DNA from: Acidimicrobiales bacterium
Lineage (GTDB): Bacteria > Actinomycetota > Acidimicrobiia > Acidimicrobiales > WLNW01
DNA: 64,000 nucleotides
NCBI GenBank assembly: GCA_039915945.1
Contig: JBDSMH010000049.1
Coordinates: forward strand, 5,627-69,626
Direction of reading: 5' to 3'
The translations under genes and the position numbers were made by a program. This document shows, one piece after another, positions 18,381 through 28,149 of this stretch; position 1 is the first letter of the stretch, and each line of letters opens with the position of its first letter. The notes under the pieces were generated by a model. It was given only the letters and a program-made list of their open reading frames with translations, made no database searches and had not been told where the DNA came from.

Positions 18381-19676
18381 TCACAGCGGCACAACACGAA
18401 ATGGTGACCGATCGGGCCCCGACAATGCGATGTCGACGGCGCGCCCACCCGGAACGTCGATCGCCTGCGGCGGCGACGAGTTGGTGTTGAACAACCACTT
18501 GCCGTCGGGCGACCAGGACAGGTTGTCGTCGCCGGCGGTGAGGGCGACATCGAGGCCGGTCGCGAAGTTCAAGAGCCGGAAGCCGGGCTTGGCGCCGGGC
18601 GGTATCACGGCTGCGTCGCCGGTGGGCGAAAGCGACAGCACCCAGTACGCCTCGGGTTGCAGCGTCGAGATGCCGACCGTTGCCAGTCGGGGTCGGGTCG
18701 CGTCGCCGATGTAGACGTGACACGAGGGCGCCGCATCACAGCCCAACCACGCAATGCGGCTGCCGTTGATCGCCATGAGATCGCCCACCGCGTACGGCGT
18801 CACCCGCGCGGTCTTGGGATCGTGCAGGAAGATTTGGCCGGCGGCGTTGGTGACGATCGCGCCACCGAGGGCACCCCGCACAGCGAAAGGCGCCGCAATC
18901 GTCAGTTCCGACGACTTGCTCCCGTCAGTCGCGAACTCGACCACGTGCGTCGCGTTGGCCGAATCCGATCGGTCGACGACGGCCCACAACTTGCCGTTGG
19001 TCGACGGGAATGCCCACGACACTTCGCGGGCAACCACCGTCGGCGGTTCTCGCAAGTTGCGATCGATCGTCGACAACGTCTGGGTTCGCGAGTTGAACAC
19101 GAACAGTCTCGTCTCGGACCCGCCGAAGACTTGATCGCCGGGCACGGTCACGGCCGAGTTCACCAACTGGCCCGTTGCGGTGTCGACGTAGCCCCGCAGC
19201 GACGTCGCGTCGAACGCGTAGAGGCGGAACGTGACCTTCTCGCCGAACACCGCGCCCACCCGCCCGTTGACGTACGCAACCATCGGCGCAGTGGATGGCG
19301 TGGTCGGTGGGCGCGTGACGATCGACGACGCGGCCGACGTGACCGGAGTGGTGGTCGGCGCGAGCGTGGTGCCCGTCGTCGGCGCCGACGTCTCGGGCGT
19401 CGGAGCCGAAGTGTCCGGCGTGGCGACACCCCCGCCGTCACCTCCGGCAAAACGGGCGACCCCGCCGATCACCGCCGCGAGGACGAGGACCCCGACGAAC
19501 GCAACAATGCCGATCCGGCGCGGCCGCTCTCGCTCGACGACCTGCGGGCGAGGTCCATTCGGCGCGGCACGTGCTTGCAGATCGAGCAGCAACATGGGCT
19601 TGGGGCGCGAGCAGTTGGGGCAACGCGACGCGCTGCCCAGCTCTGTTCCACAAGCCAGACACCGATCGTGCGCCAT
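18381..19676 (-). CDS. zinc-ribbon / single-TM / Pro-Thr linker / beta-rich (PD40/TolB-like?) ectodomain protein, paralog A
   Basis: 431 aa. N-terminal 'CLACG...CPNC', TM 'IGIVAFVGVLVLAAVIGGV', PT-rich linker, and C-terminal 'WLGCDAAPSCHVYIGD', 'LSWSPDGKWLF'. AGGAGG SD upstream. Confidence 0.7.
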   Translation of the reverse strand: MAHDRCLACGTELGSASRCPNCSRPKPMLLLDLQARAAPNGPRPQVVERERPRRIGIVAFVGVLVLAAVIGGVARFAGGDGGGVATPDTSAPTPETSAPTTGTTLAPTTTPVTSAASSIVTRPPTTPSTAPMVAYVNGRVGAVFGEKVTFRLYAFDATSLRGYVDTATGQLVNSAVTVPGDQVFGGSETRLFVFNSRTQTLSTIDRNLREPPTVVAREVSWAFPSTNGKLWAVVDRSDSANATHVVEFATDGSKSSELTIAAPFAVRGALGGAIVTNAAGQIFLHDPKTARVTPYAVGDLMAINGSRIAWLGCDAAPSCHVYIGDATRPRLATVGISTLQPEAYWVLSLSPTGDAAVIPPGAKPGFRLLNFATGLDVALTAGDDNLSWSPDGKWLFNTNSSPPQAIDVPGGRAVDIALSGPDRSPFRVVPL

Positions 19677-19817
19677 CGACCCCTCCTACTCGCGAAGCCA
19701 CCCATGCGTTCCCTGGGTTCGCAAGTTTCCGGTCGTCAGACTCGCCGAGTGACCAGTCTCTTCCCCACTACTTTGCCGCGGATCGAACCGGCAGTGAAAA
19801 TCCCCTCCTCGCTACGG

Positions 19818-21104
19818 CTAGCGCGCGCCCACCGCGATGTCGCCGGTCGATTCGATCGGCAGCGTGATCTCGGCGACCCCACCGGTACGAGCGTTGACCG
19901 CGCGCACGATCGTCTTGCTGGCGTGGATCACCAACCACTCACTGTCGGCGGTCCAGTACATCGACAGCGCCCGGAAGAACGTCGATCCGGTGCTCAGGAT
20001 GGACACTTGACCGGTCTCGACGTTGAGCAGTGGCAGCCGGGCATCATTGGAGCGGGGCAACGCGATCGAGTCGCGCGACAGCGGGAACGCGCCGAGGCGC
20101 TCGAGGTAGCTGGCCGAAGGGCGGCTCAAGGTGTTGACGAGTTCGAGTTGACGCTTGCTCGCATCGCGCCCGTCGCCGACGTTGTAACGACAATCGATGC
20201 CGGTGATGTCGTCGCAGCCGAACCACACGACAGTGTCACCGCGCGCGCCGACCAGCGTGCCTGTCGCGTAGCGCTTGGCGGTCGATCGACTACGTCCGAT
20301 GAAGATGCCGCTGGGCGTCTGCCAGATGAGACCCCGTTCGATGGCGGCCACGGGGAAGGTGGTGCGGGCCAACTCGATCGACGCGCCGGTCGTGCCTTTG
20401 AGGTCGGCCTCGTACCACTCGACGGTGGCGCAGTCGTCGCAGGTGTAGTCGCGGGCGATCCAGACCTTGTTGGCCGCGCCGGTGTCCACGACGAACCCGC
20501 CGGCGCCGACGTTGAGCGGTGCCTTGCCGAAATCGTGGTCGAACGCCACGACTTCGCCACTCTTGTAGACGACGAAGATGCCACCCTCGACCACGACGAC
20601 CTGTGTCGCCTCCGCCGTCTTTTCGAGTGAGATGGCCGCGGACTTCGCGATCTCACCAGTGGCGAGATCGATGCGCTTCACCCGTGAGCCGTCCGCGAGA
20701 TAGAGCGCGCCCTGCGCCGGCCGCTTGAACAGCGGACCCGGCGTGTTCTCGAAGTAGACCGCGCCCGGTTGACGCTGCACTTCGGTCGTCGGGACGTTGC
20801 TGGCAGGCGGCGCGGTGCTCGAAGGCGCGGCGGGCGTGCTCGACATCGAGTCGTCTCCGCCCCCGAGCACAACGGCGAGAACGCCGGCAACGACGGCTAG
20901 CGCGACCAGCAAGACGAGCAGTGGTGCCATGCCTCGGCGTCCGTTGCTGGCGATCACCGTGGGTCGCGGCGTCGAAATGGCCGAGCGTTGACGGGTCGGG
21001 GTCAGATCGATGAACGCCCGACCCAGGGACGCGCCACACTTGACACAAGTGGTTGAGTGCACCGGCGCTGGCGTACCGCAGCTAGGACAAAGCCCGGTGG
21101 ACAT
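19818..21104 (-). CDS. zinc-ribbon / single-TM / linker / beta-rich ectodomain protein, paralog B
   Basis: 428 aa. 'CPSCG...CVKCG', TM 'MAPLLVLLVALAVVAGVLAVVL'. C-terminal 'WFGCDDITGIDCRYNVGD', 'LLNVETGQVSIL', 'MYWTADSEWLV' are alignable with paralog A. Confidence 0.7.
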   Translation of the reverse strand: MSTGLCPSCGTPAPVHSTTCVKCGASLGRAFIDLTPTRQRSAISTPRPTVIASNGRRGMAPLLVLLVALAVVAGVLAVVLGGGDDSMSSTPAAPSSTAPPASNVPTTEVQRQPGAVYFENTPGPLFKRPAQGALYLADGSRVKRIDLATGEIAKSAAISLEKTAEATQVVVVEGGIFVVYKSGEVVAFDHDFGKAPLNVGAGGFVVDTGAANKVWIARDYTCDDCATVEWYEADLKGTTGASIELARTTFPVAAIERGLIWQTPSGIFIGRSRSTAKRYATGTLVGARGDTVVWFGCDDITGIDCRYNVGDGRDASKRQLELVNTLSRPSASYLERLGAFPLSRDSIALPRSNDARLPLLNVETGQVSILSTGSTFFRALSMYWTADSEWLVIHASKTIVRAVNARTGGVAEITLPIESTGDIAVGAR

Positions 21105-21174
21105 TGTTTGGCGGCTCCTCGCCGATCACAAGTGGCGAGGCGAGACGGTAGCCGTCGATCTGGTCAGAAACACG

Positions 21175-22248
21175 TCAGCCGTAACGGCCGAGGATGGTGC
21201 TTTCGGTCAAGCGGGCGAGGCCGTCCTTGATGGCACGGGCCCGGACGTCGCCGACGCCGTCGACCTCTTCGAGATCTTCGATGGTGGCGCGCATGATCTT
21301 GGGCAGCGAGCCGAAATGTGCCACCACACGGTCGACGATCGACTCGGGCAGCCGCGGGATGTGTGACAGCAATCGGAAACCGCGGGGCGTGACCGAGACG
21401 TCGAGATCGAGGGTGGCGTCGGGGATGTGCAAGACGATGGCCACGCGCGCCAGATCGAGAAGGCTTTCGCTGTTGAGCGCGTCGAGCGCGGCCAACGACT
21501 CTTCGAGATGCCACGACGCTTCTTCGTGGAAGTAGTCCTTGATGAGGAAGCGCCGATCGTCTTCGACGCCCGCCATCAGTTCGAGCAGCTGCAACTGCAC
21601 CAGGCGGCCCTGGATGCCGAGCTCGATGATGTCGAGTTCGATCTCGGATGCGATGCGGCGCACCATCTCGGTGCGCTGCAACACGGCAACCATGTCGCGC
21701 AACGTGACGAGGTCTTCGACTTCGAGTGCCGACAGTGTGGAGCGCACCTCGTCGAGGCGATGGCGATAGCGCTCGAGTGTCTGCAGCGCCTGGTTGGCCC
21801 GGAACACGATGTCGGTCGGTGGCTGCAACACCGCTTTGGTCTCGCTGACGTAGACAGTGATGACCGACATGTCTTCGGAGACCGCGATGACGGGCACGTC
21901 GATCGAGCGGGCGACGCGCTCGGCCGTGCGATGCCGTGTGCCGGTTTCGCTGGTGGGCACACTGGGGTCGGGTACGAGATGCACGTTGGCCCGCGCGATG
22001 CGGCTGGCGTCGGCGGCGAGAATGATGGCGCCATCCATCTTGGATAGCTCTTGTAGACGTTGCGGGCTGTAGGCCGCGTCGAGCAGGAACCCGCCAGAGC
22101 AGATGCTGAGCACATTGGGGCCGTCACCGACGACGATCAACGCGCCCTTGCTGCCCTGGATGATGCGATCGAGACCATCGCGCAACGGCATGCCCGGCGC
22201 GACCTGCCGGAGCACATCGAGAAATTTGGCCGCCAATCGCTCGGGCAT
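21175..22248 (-). CDS. disA: DNA integrity scanning protein / diadenylate cyclase DisA
   Basis: 357 aa. DAC motifs 'DGAIILAADASRI' and 'GTRHRTAERV'. C-terminal HhH 'VDGVGDVRARAIKDGL'. Confidence 0.92.
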   Translation of the reverse strand: MPERLAAKFLDVLRQVAPGMPLRDGLDRIIQGSKGALIVVGDGPNVLSICSGGFLLDAAYSPQRLQELSKMDGAIILAADASRIARANVHLVPDPSVPTSETGTRHRTAERVARSIDVPVIAVSEDMSVITVYVSETKAVLQPPTDIVFRANQALQTLERYRHRLDEVRSTLSALEVEDLVTLRDMVAVLQRTEMVRRIASEIELDIIELGIQGRLVQLQLLELMAGVEDDRRFLIKDYFHEEASWHLEESLAALDALNSESLLDLARVAIVLHIPDATLDLDVSVTPRGFRLLSHIPRLPESIVDRVVAHFGSLPKIMRATIEDLEEVDGVGDVRARAIKDGLARLTESTILGRYG

Positions 22249-22307
22249 TGGCCGAGTCTACTCGGGGTGACCAGGCGCTCACAGAAAACGCGCGTCACTC
22301 ACCGCAC

Positions 22308-23660
22308 TCATTCACCGCCCAGCCCGACGCGGTCGATGGCCTCGCGAACCGTGGCGACCCGGATCGATCGGATCGACTTCGGTAAGGCCGGTGCGTGCTT
22401 GGGTACGACGATGCCTTCGATGCCGAGCCGCAGACATTCGCCGATACGTTGTTCGTGATGGCTGGCGCGGCGCAACTCACCGCCGAGGCCGACCTCGCCG
22501 TAGGCCGCGAGCGTGCCGGGTAGCGCCACCCCTGCCGCGGCCGACGCGACGGCGAGACACACGGCCAAGTCGGCGCCGGGCTCGCTGGCATCGACACCGC
22601 CGACCGCGAGCGCATAGACGTCGCGCTCGCCCAGTTGTACGCCCGCTCGCTCGCGCAGCACCGCAAGCAGGAACCCGAGCCGGCCGGCGTCGACACCTTG
22701 GGCCGAGCGCCGGCCGCTGTTGGAATGGGCGACGAGCGCTTGCACCTCGACGAGGAACGGGCGATGCCCGTCGACGATCGGCACGAGGACCGACCCCGCG
22801 ATGTCGGCCGCTCGGTCGGCGAGGAACAGCCGGCTCGGATCGGGCACCGGAATCAGGCCGTGCTGTTGCATCTCGAGCACGCCGAGCTCGTTGGTGCCAC
22901 CGAACCGATGCTTGACCGCGCGCAGTACGCGTAGCGCGTGATGCCGGTCGCCTTCGAACGACAACACCGTGTCGACGAGATGCTCGAGCACGCGCGGGCC
23001 GGCCAACGTGCCGTCTTTGGTGACGTGACCCACCAATACCAGCGGCACGTCGCGGGCCTTGGCAACCGCCGAGAGTCGATGCGCGCAATGGCGCACCTGC
23101 GCGACCGAACCCGCCGTCGACGACAACTGCGGATCCGCGACCGCCTGGATGGAGTCGACCACGACGAACGCCGGCGACATCTCGTCGATGTACTGCGCGA
23201 TCGCGCCGACATCGCCCTCGGCCACCGCCCACAAGTTGTCGTGCAACGCCTTGGTGCGGGCGGCGCGCGCTTGCAGTTGATGCAACGACTCTTCGGCCGA
23301 CACGTAGAGCACACGCTGGCCGCGCGCGGCGTAGGCGCCGGCGATCTGCAGCAACAGGGTCGACTTGCCGATGCCGGGCTCGCCACCGAGCAGTGACACT
23401 GAACCGGCGACGAACCCACCACCGAGTACTCGGTCGATCTCGGGCAGGCCGGTCGGCACGGCGACGAAGCGGGCACTGTCGACGGCGGAGATCGACTGCG
23501 GACGCGTCAGCGTCGACGGATGCGGCAAGCCCGACGGCGCGGCCGTCTCGACTTCTTCGACGAGCGTGTTCCACTCGCCGCAGGCATTGCAGCGACCGCC
23601 CCACTGAGGACTGCCCTGCCCGCATTGGAGGCACATGAAGACGGTGCGCTGTTTGGCCAT
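22308..23660 (-). CDS. radA: DNA repair protein RadA/Sms
   Basis: 450 aa. Zn finger 'CLQCGQGSPQWGGRCNACGEW', Walker A 'GGEPGIGKST', 'VKHRFGGTNE', and a Lon-protease-like C-terminal domain. Confidence 0.95.
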   Translation of the reverse strand: MAKQRTVFMCLQCGQGSPQWGGRCNACGEWNTLVEEVETAAPSGLPHPSTLTRPQSISAVDSARFVAVPTGLPEIDRVLGGGFVAGSVSLLGGEPGIGKSTLLLQIAGAYAARGQRVLYVSAEESLHQLQARAARTKALHDNLWAVAEGDVGAIAQYIDEMSPAFVVVDSIQAVADPQLSSTAGSVAQVRHCAHRLSAVAKARDVPLVLVGHVTKDGTLAGPRVLEHLVDTVLSFEGDRHHALRVLRAVKHRFGGTNELGVLEMQQHGLIPVPDPSRLFLADRAADIAGSVLVPIVDGHRPFLVEVQALVAHSNSGRRSAQGVDAGRLGFLLAVLRERAGVQLGERDVYALAVGGVDASEPGADLAVCLAVASAAAGVALPGTLAAYGEVGLGGELRRASHHEQRIGECLRLGIEGIVVPKHAPALPKSIRSIRVATVREAIDRVGLGGE

Positions 23661-23666
23661 GACGCC

Positions 23667-23689
23667 ACCCTAAACAGGGGGTGTGACAG
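23667..23689 (-). promoter_or_regulatory. candidate RecA-independent DNA-damage promoter (RecA-NDp / PafBC-type) upstream of radA
   Basis: The minus strand reads cTGTCAcac-N8-TAGGGT, then 6 nt, then the radA ATG. The consensus I recall for mycobacteria is tTGTCRgtg-N8-TAnnnT. All upper-case positions match. The spacing implies a leaderless or near-leaderless mRNA. Confidence 0.4.
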
Positions 23690-23717
23690 CGAGTTCACGG
23701 GCGCCGGCCCGCGGCTA

Positions 23718-25271
23718 TCAGGTCGTGACCCGACCGCGGTTGAACAGCTCGAAGAGCGAGGCCACTCTCCGGTAGGGCGAACCCTCGACCGGCTGCGCTG
23801 CGAGATGCACGACCGCCATGCCGAGCTTGCGGCCGGCGGCGAGATTCTCGATGCGGTCGTCGACGAGCAGGCACGCCCGCAGCGCGACGTCGAGCACGCG
23901 CTCGAGCTCGGCGAAGATCGCTTCGGCCGGTTTACGCACACCGACCGTGCCGCTGACGATCCACGGGTGCACACGCCCGTCGAGCTCGAATCGACGGCGC
24001 AACAGCGCGGACCACTCGGCGACATCGTTGGTGCAACACGCCACACCGATGCCGCGTCGTTCCATCGCGTCGAGGAACTCGTGCACCCCGGCGTTGAGTT
24101 CGAAGCGTTGCGTGTACGACCGGTCGAGTTCGTCCGGGTCGCCGGGCACACCGAGCAGTGACCACAATTCGCTGGTCGTGTGTCGTCCGAGGGAGGCGTC
24201 GACATAGCGGGCCCGGATCGCCTGCTCGTCGTCGATGCCACCGTGCTCGCGTACGAACGGGATCAACAGCGTCTCGACATCGTCGCCGTCGCGATACAAG
24301 ACGCCCATCGCGTCGAGTACCACCATCTGAATGCGCTTTTGGCTGCCCGCGGCGGGCGGACTCGCGGGAACGGCCGCGCCACCTCCTGCCGACGGCAGCG
24401 CCCGCACAGTGGGAACGGTGGTTGCCGGTGCCGGTGCCGGCCCTGGGCTTGCCGCGGCGGAGGCCGGTCTCCTGGTCAATGGAACCACGGCAATGTGGGC
24501 GTCAGCGCGGGATCGACCGCCCGGCGCGCGCCGCACGACCGCCAGCACCACCGCGCCCAGCGCGGCGATAGCGAGGACGCCGGCGATGATCGCCCAGCGA
24601 CGCGCGGCGCCCTGCACGTCATCGGAGTGCACCGAAATGGCGGTCGGCGCGCTTCCCGGTACGACCTTCCACTCGGCGCGCGACCCGCCGACGCGGTCAG
24701 CCTCGCCCTTCACGGTGCCGGGCAGTTCGATACCAAAGAGCAGCGTTGCCTCGGCTGCGTCCTTTTGCACCTCGGCCGTCGGGCGTCCGAGTGCATTGCC
24801 GCCCAACAACTGTGCGATCTCCGTGTCGCTGAACGACTCGAGGCCGCGTGCCGGGTCGACCGTGCCCGTCACCGTGTACGTCACTTTGGCGAAGCCGGTC
24901 GAACGCATCAATCGAAAGTCGCGGAAGATTCCGTTGGGCCCGTCGATCTCGGACATGATCGCGGTGAACTGTTCGCTCCCGGTGAACGCCTTGACGGCGT
25001 GGATCCACTGCAGGCCCGAGGCGTCGCGATCGGGTTCCTTTTGCGGGCCGGACACGGTCCATCCGGCAGCCCGCACATCGTCGAGGCGCAATCCGCCGGC
25101 GCGGGCGAGGGCCTCGTCGTCGAAGCCCACGTTGACGCGGACTTCGCCCGACCCGTCATCGTTGACCGCGACGTCGACGCTGGCATCGATGCGGCAAGCC
25201 GACAGCAGCGCAGCGGCCCCCACGAGCAGCAACACGCGAACGAGCGCGCGGGAAGGTCGAAGGGCGGCCAC
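23718..25271 (-). CDS. fusion protein: lipoprotein-type signal, LppM-like ectodomain, TM helix, Pro/Ala linker, cytoplasmic HAD-superfamily hydrolase
   Basis: Lipobox 'LLSAC' after 'RALVRVLLLVGAAA'. Second TM 'WAIIAGVLAIAALGAVVLAVV'. HAD motif I 'VVLDAMGVL' and motif-IV-like 'LLVDDRIENL'. The GTG at 25271 avoids clpC. The longest ORF starts at the ATG at 25439 and would overlap the clpC 3' end by 53 nt. Confidence 0.65.
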   Translation of the reverse strand: MAALRPSRALVRVLLLVGAAALLSACRIDASVDVAVNDDGSGEVRVNVGFDDEALARAGGLRLDDVRAAGWTVSGPQKEPDRDASGLQWIHAVKAFTGSEQFTAIMSEIDGPNGIFRDFRLMRSTGFAKVTYTVTGTVDPARGLESFSDTEIAQLLGGNALGRPTAEVQKDAAEATLLFGIELPGTVKGEADRVGGSRAEWKVVPGSAPTAISVHSDDVQGAARRWAIIAGVLAIAALGAVVLAVVRRAPGGRSRADAHIAVVPLTRRPASAAASPGPAPAPATTVPTVRALPSAGGGAAVPASPPAAGSQKRIQMVVLDAMGVLYRDGDDVETLLIPFVREHGGIDDEQAIRARYVDASLGRHTTSELWSLLGVPGDPDELDRSYTQRFELNAGVHEFLDAMERRGIGVACCTNDVAEWSALLRRRFELDGRVHPWIVSGTVGVRKPAEAIFAELERVLDVALRACLLVDDRIENLAAGRKLGMAVVHLAAQPVEGSPYRRVASLFELFNRGRVTT

Positions 25272-25386
25272 AGCGCCTGCCAGAGTAGTTGCCGCGCGCG
25301 CCGATTCCCGGCTTATGTACGCGTGCGGGGGCGCCGGCAGTGCCTGCCGGTCGGGCGAGACTGCGCCCTCACCCCCGTCGCGTAGA

Positions 25387-27918
25387 TCAGCTGTCGCCGC
25401 CGACTTCGGCCATCTCGACCGCCGGCGGCGTGAAACCATCGACGGTGCGGAAGATGATGTTGCGTTCGCCGTTGGCGTCGGGTTCGACGTCGACCACGAT
25501 CATCGTGCCGGCGCGGAACTCTTTGAGCAGGAGTCGCTCGGACATGGGGTCTTCGACGAGCCGCTGGATGGCCCGGCGCAATGGCCGAGCACCGAGGGTC
25601 GGGTCGTAGCCCCGCTCGGCCAGGAACAACTTGGCCGCGTCGGTCAGCTCGATGCCGATGCCTTGTGCCGCAAGTTGCGTGGTGACGCGCTTGGTCATGA
25701 GATCGACGATCTCGGTGACCTCGGGTCGCGACAGCTCGTGGAAGACGATGACCTCGTCGATGCGGTTGAGGAACTCGGGCCGGAAGTGGATCTTGAGCGC
25801 ATCGGTGACCTTGTCCTTCATGCGCTCGTAGGTCACTGCCTCGTCGACCTTGGTGAAGCCGAGGTTGGCCTTGCGGAGATCCTGCGTGCCCAAGTTGGAC
25901 GTCATGATCAGCACCGTGTTGCGGAAGTCGACGGTACGGCCCTGAGAATCGGTGAGCCGGCCTTCTTCCAAGATCTGCAACAGCGTGTTGAACACGTCGG
26001 GGTGCGCTTTTTCGATCTCGTCGAACAGCACCACCGAGAACGGCTTGCGCCGCACGGCCTCGGTCAGCTGGCCGCCCTCTTCGTAACCGACATAGCCCGG
26101 AGGCGAGCCGACGAGGCGCGAGACGGTGTGCTTTTCCATGTACTCGGACATGTCCAAGCTGATCAGCGCGTGCTCGTCGCCGAAGAGGAACTCGGCCAGC
26201 GTCTTGGCCAACTCGGTCTTACCGACACCCGAGGGGCCGAGGAAGATGAACGAGCCCGACGGGCGCTTGGGGTCTTTGAGACCGGCACGCGTGCGGCGGA
26301 TGGCTTGCGACACGGCGCGGATGGCATCGACCTGGCCGATGACCCGCCTGTGCAGCTCGTCTTCCATGCGCAGGAGCTTGGCCGTCTCTTCTTCGGTGAG
26401 CTTGTAGACGGGGATGCCGGTCCACACCGACAGCACTTCGGCGATGGCTTCTTCGTCGACCTCGTCGAAGAGATCGACGCCCTTGGCCTTGATGTCGGCC
26501 TCCATAGACGACTTGCGGCCCTGCAGTTCCTTTTCGCGATCGCGCAGACGCCCGGCTTCTTCGAAGCGCTGGGCCTCGACCGCCTCTTTCTTCTTGCGCT
26601 GCACTTCGGCGATCTCGTTTTCGACCTCTTTGAAGTCGGGCGGCGCCTGCATGCGCTTGATGCGCAAGCGCGAGCCGGCCTCGTCGATGAGGTCGATGGC
26701 CTTGTCGGGCAGGTGGCGATCGGAGATGTAGCGGTCGGCCAGATTGGCTGCCGCGACCAACGCTTGATCGGTGATGGTCACACGATGGTGCTCTTCGTAG
26801 CGATCACGCAGACCCTTGAGGATCTCGATGGTGTGCGCAACGGTCGGCTCTTCGACCTTGATCGGCTGGAAGCGACGCTCGAGTGCCGCATCCTTTTCGA
26901 GATGCTTGCGGTACTCGTCGAGCGTCGTCGCACCGATGGTCTGCAGCTCACCGCGAGCGAGCATCGGCTTGAGGATCGACGCCGCGTCGATGGCGCCTTC
27001 GGCCGCACCGGCACCGACGAGGGTGTGCAACTCATCGATGAAGATGATGATGTCGCCACGCGTGCGGATCTCTTTGAGCACCTTCTTGAGGCGCTCTTCG
27101 AAATCACCGCGATAGCGCGAGCCGGCAACCAACGCGCCCAGATCGAGCGTGTAGATCTGCTTGCCTTTGATGGTCTCGGGGACATCGCCGCCAGCGATCG
27201 ACTGCGCCAGGCCTTCGACGATGGCGGTCTTGCCGACGCCCGGCTCACCGATGAGCACGGGGTTGTTCTTGGTACGGCGTGACAGCACCTGCATGACCCG
27301 CTCGGTCTCGCGCTCGCGGCCGATGACCGGATCGAGTTGCTTGTCGCGGGCGAGTTGCGTGAGGTTGCGACCGAACTGATCGAGGATCAGCGAACCGGAT
27401 GGTGAATCGCCACCTTGACCACCGGACGTCGCGCCCGCTTTGTCGCCAGGGGCCGAGCTCGACGATGCCGCGCCCGGACCGGAGTAGCCCGACAGCAATT
27501 GAATGACTTGCTGGCGCACTCGCGACAGATCGGCGCCCAGCTTGACCAACACCTGTGCAGCAACACCTTCGCCCTCACGAATGAGGCCGAGGAGGATGTG
27601 CTCGGTGCCGATGTAGTTGTGGCCGAGTTGCAATGCTTCGCGCAGCGACAGCTCGAGCACCTTCTTGGCGCGCGGCGTGAACGGAATGTGGCCGGACGGC
27701 GACGAGCCGCCCTGACCGATGATCTCTTCTACTTGACTGCGCACTGCTTCGAGAGAGATCCCGAGCGACTCGAGTGCCTTTGCTGCGACACCCTCGCCTT
27801 CGTGGATCAGACCCAGCAGGATGTGCTCGGTGCCGATGTAGTTGTGGTTGAGTAGGCGCGCTTCTTCTTGCGCCAGGACCACTACCCGGCGTGCACGGTC
27901 GGTAAATCGCTCGAACAC
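25387..27918 (-). CDS. clpC: ATP-dependent Clp protease ATP-binding subunit ClpC
   Basis: 843 aa from the GTG at 27918 ('(M)[20 protein letters not shown]'), with a GGGAGG SD 5 nt upstream. It has duplicated Clp_N repeats and Walker A motifs 'GEPGVGKT' and 'GPSGVGKT'. The ORF-track 1279-aa form is an artefactual 5' extension. Confidence 0.95.
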   Translation of the reverse strand: MFERFTDRARRVVVLAQEEARLLNHNYIGTEHILLGLIHEGEGVAAKALESLGISLEAVRSQVEEIIGQGGSSPSGHIPFTPRAKKVLELSLREALQLGHNYIGTEHILLGLIREGEGVAAQVLVKLGADLSRVRQQVIQLLSGYSGPGAASSSSAPGDKAGATSGGQGGDSPSGSLILDQFGRNLTQLARDKQLDPVIGRERETERVMQVLSRRTKNNPVLIGEPGVGKTAIVEGLAQSIAGGDVPETIKGKQIYTLDLGALVAGSRYRGDFEERLKKVLKEIRTRGDIIIFIDELHTLVGAGAAEGAIDAASILKPMLARGELQTIGATTLDEYRKHLEKDAALERRFQPIKVEEPTVAHTIEILKGLRDRYEEHHRVTITDQALVAAANLADRYISDRHLPDKAIDLIDEAGSRLRIKRMQAPPDFKEVENEIAEVQRKKKEAVEAQRFEEAGRLRDREKELQGRKSSMEADIKAKGVDLFDEVDEEAIAEVLSVWTGIPVYKLTEEETAKLLRMEDELHRRVIGQVDAIRAVSQAIRRTRAGLKDPKRPSGSFIFLGPSGVGKTELAKTLAEFLFGDEHALISLDMSEYMEKHTVSRLVGSPPGYVGYEEGGQLTEAVRRKPFSVVLFDEIEKAHPDVFNTLLQILEEGRLTDSQGRTVDFRNTVLIMTSNLGTQDLRKANLGFTKVDEAVTYERMKDKVTDALKIHFRPEFLNRIDEVIVFHELSRPEVTEIVDLMTKRVTTQLAAQGIGIELTDAAKLFLAERGYDPTLGARPLRRAIQRLVEDPMSERLLLKEFRAGTMIVVDVEPDANGERNIIFRTVDGFTPPAVEMAEVGGDS

Positions 27919-28149
27919 GGAGCCTCCCGTGGCTTTGTATCGAGAAGGACGGCTTTGGACCGTGAGTGTATCCGTGGCCGGGGACAGTCCACGGCCGGTG
28001 CCGCTGTTGGGTATCTGTCGGCAGAATTTGCATGGGAGTGAAGCCAACCCGCTCGTGAGGCCGGATACCGCCGATCTGGTGCCATCGGGCCTATCGGGGG
28101 AGTGCGCCAAAATTCTTTGGGCTGATCCACCGGGCTGTATCTTCGGTTT

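Noticed and set aside
24331-27282. Very long ORFs antisense to real genes (983 aa here; also 10818..12455, 14208..15761, 18657..20630 and 38609..39739).
   Set aside because: They lie opposite strongly recognisable genes (clpC, glxK, rlmB, the paralog pair and nadB). Their products are Arg/Ala/Pro-rich low-complexity sequences with no motifs. These are typical high-GC shadow frames.
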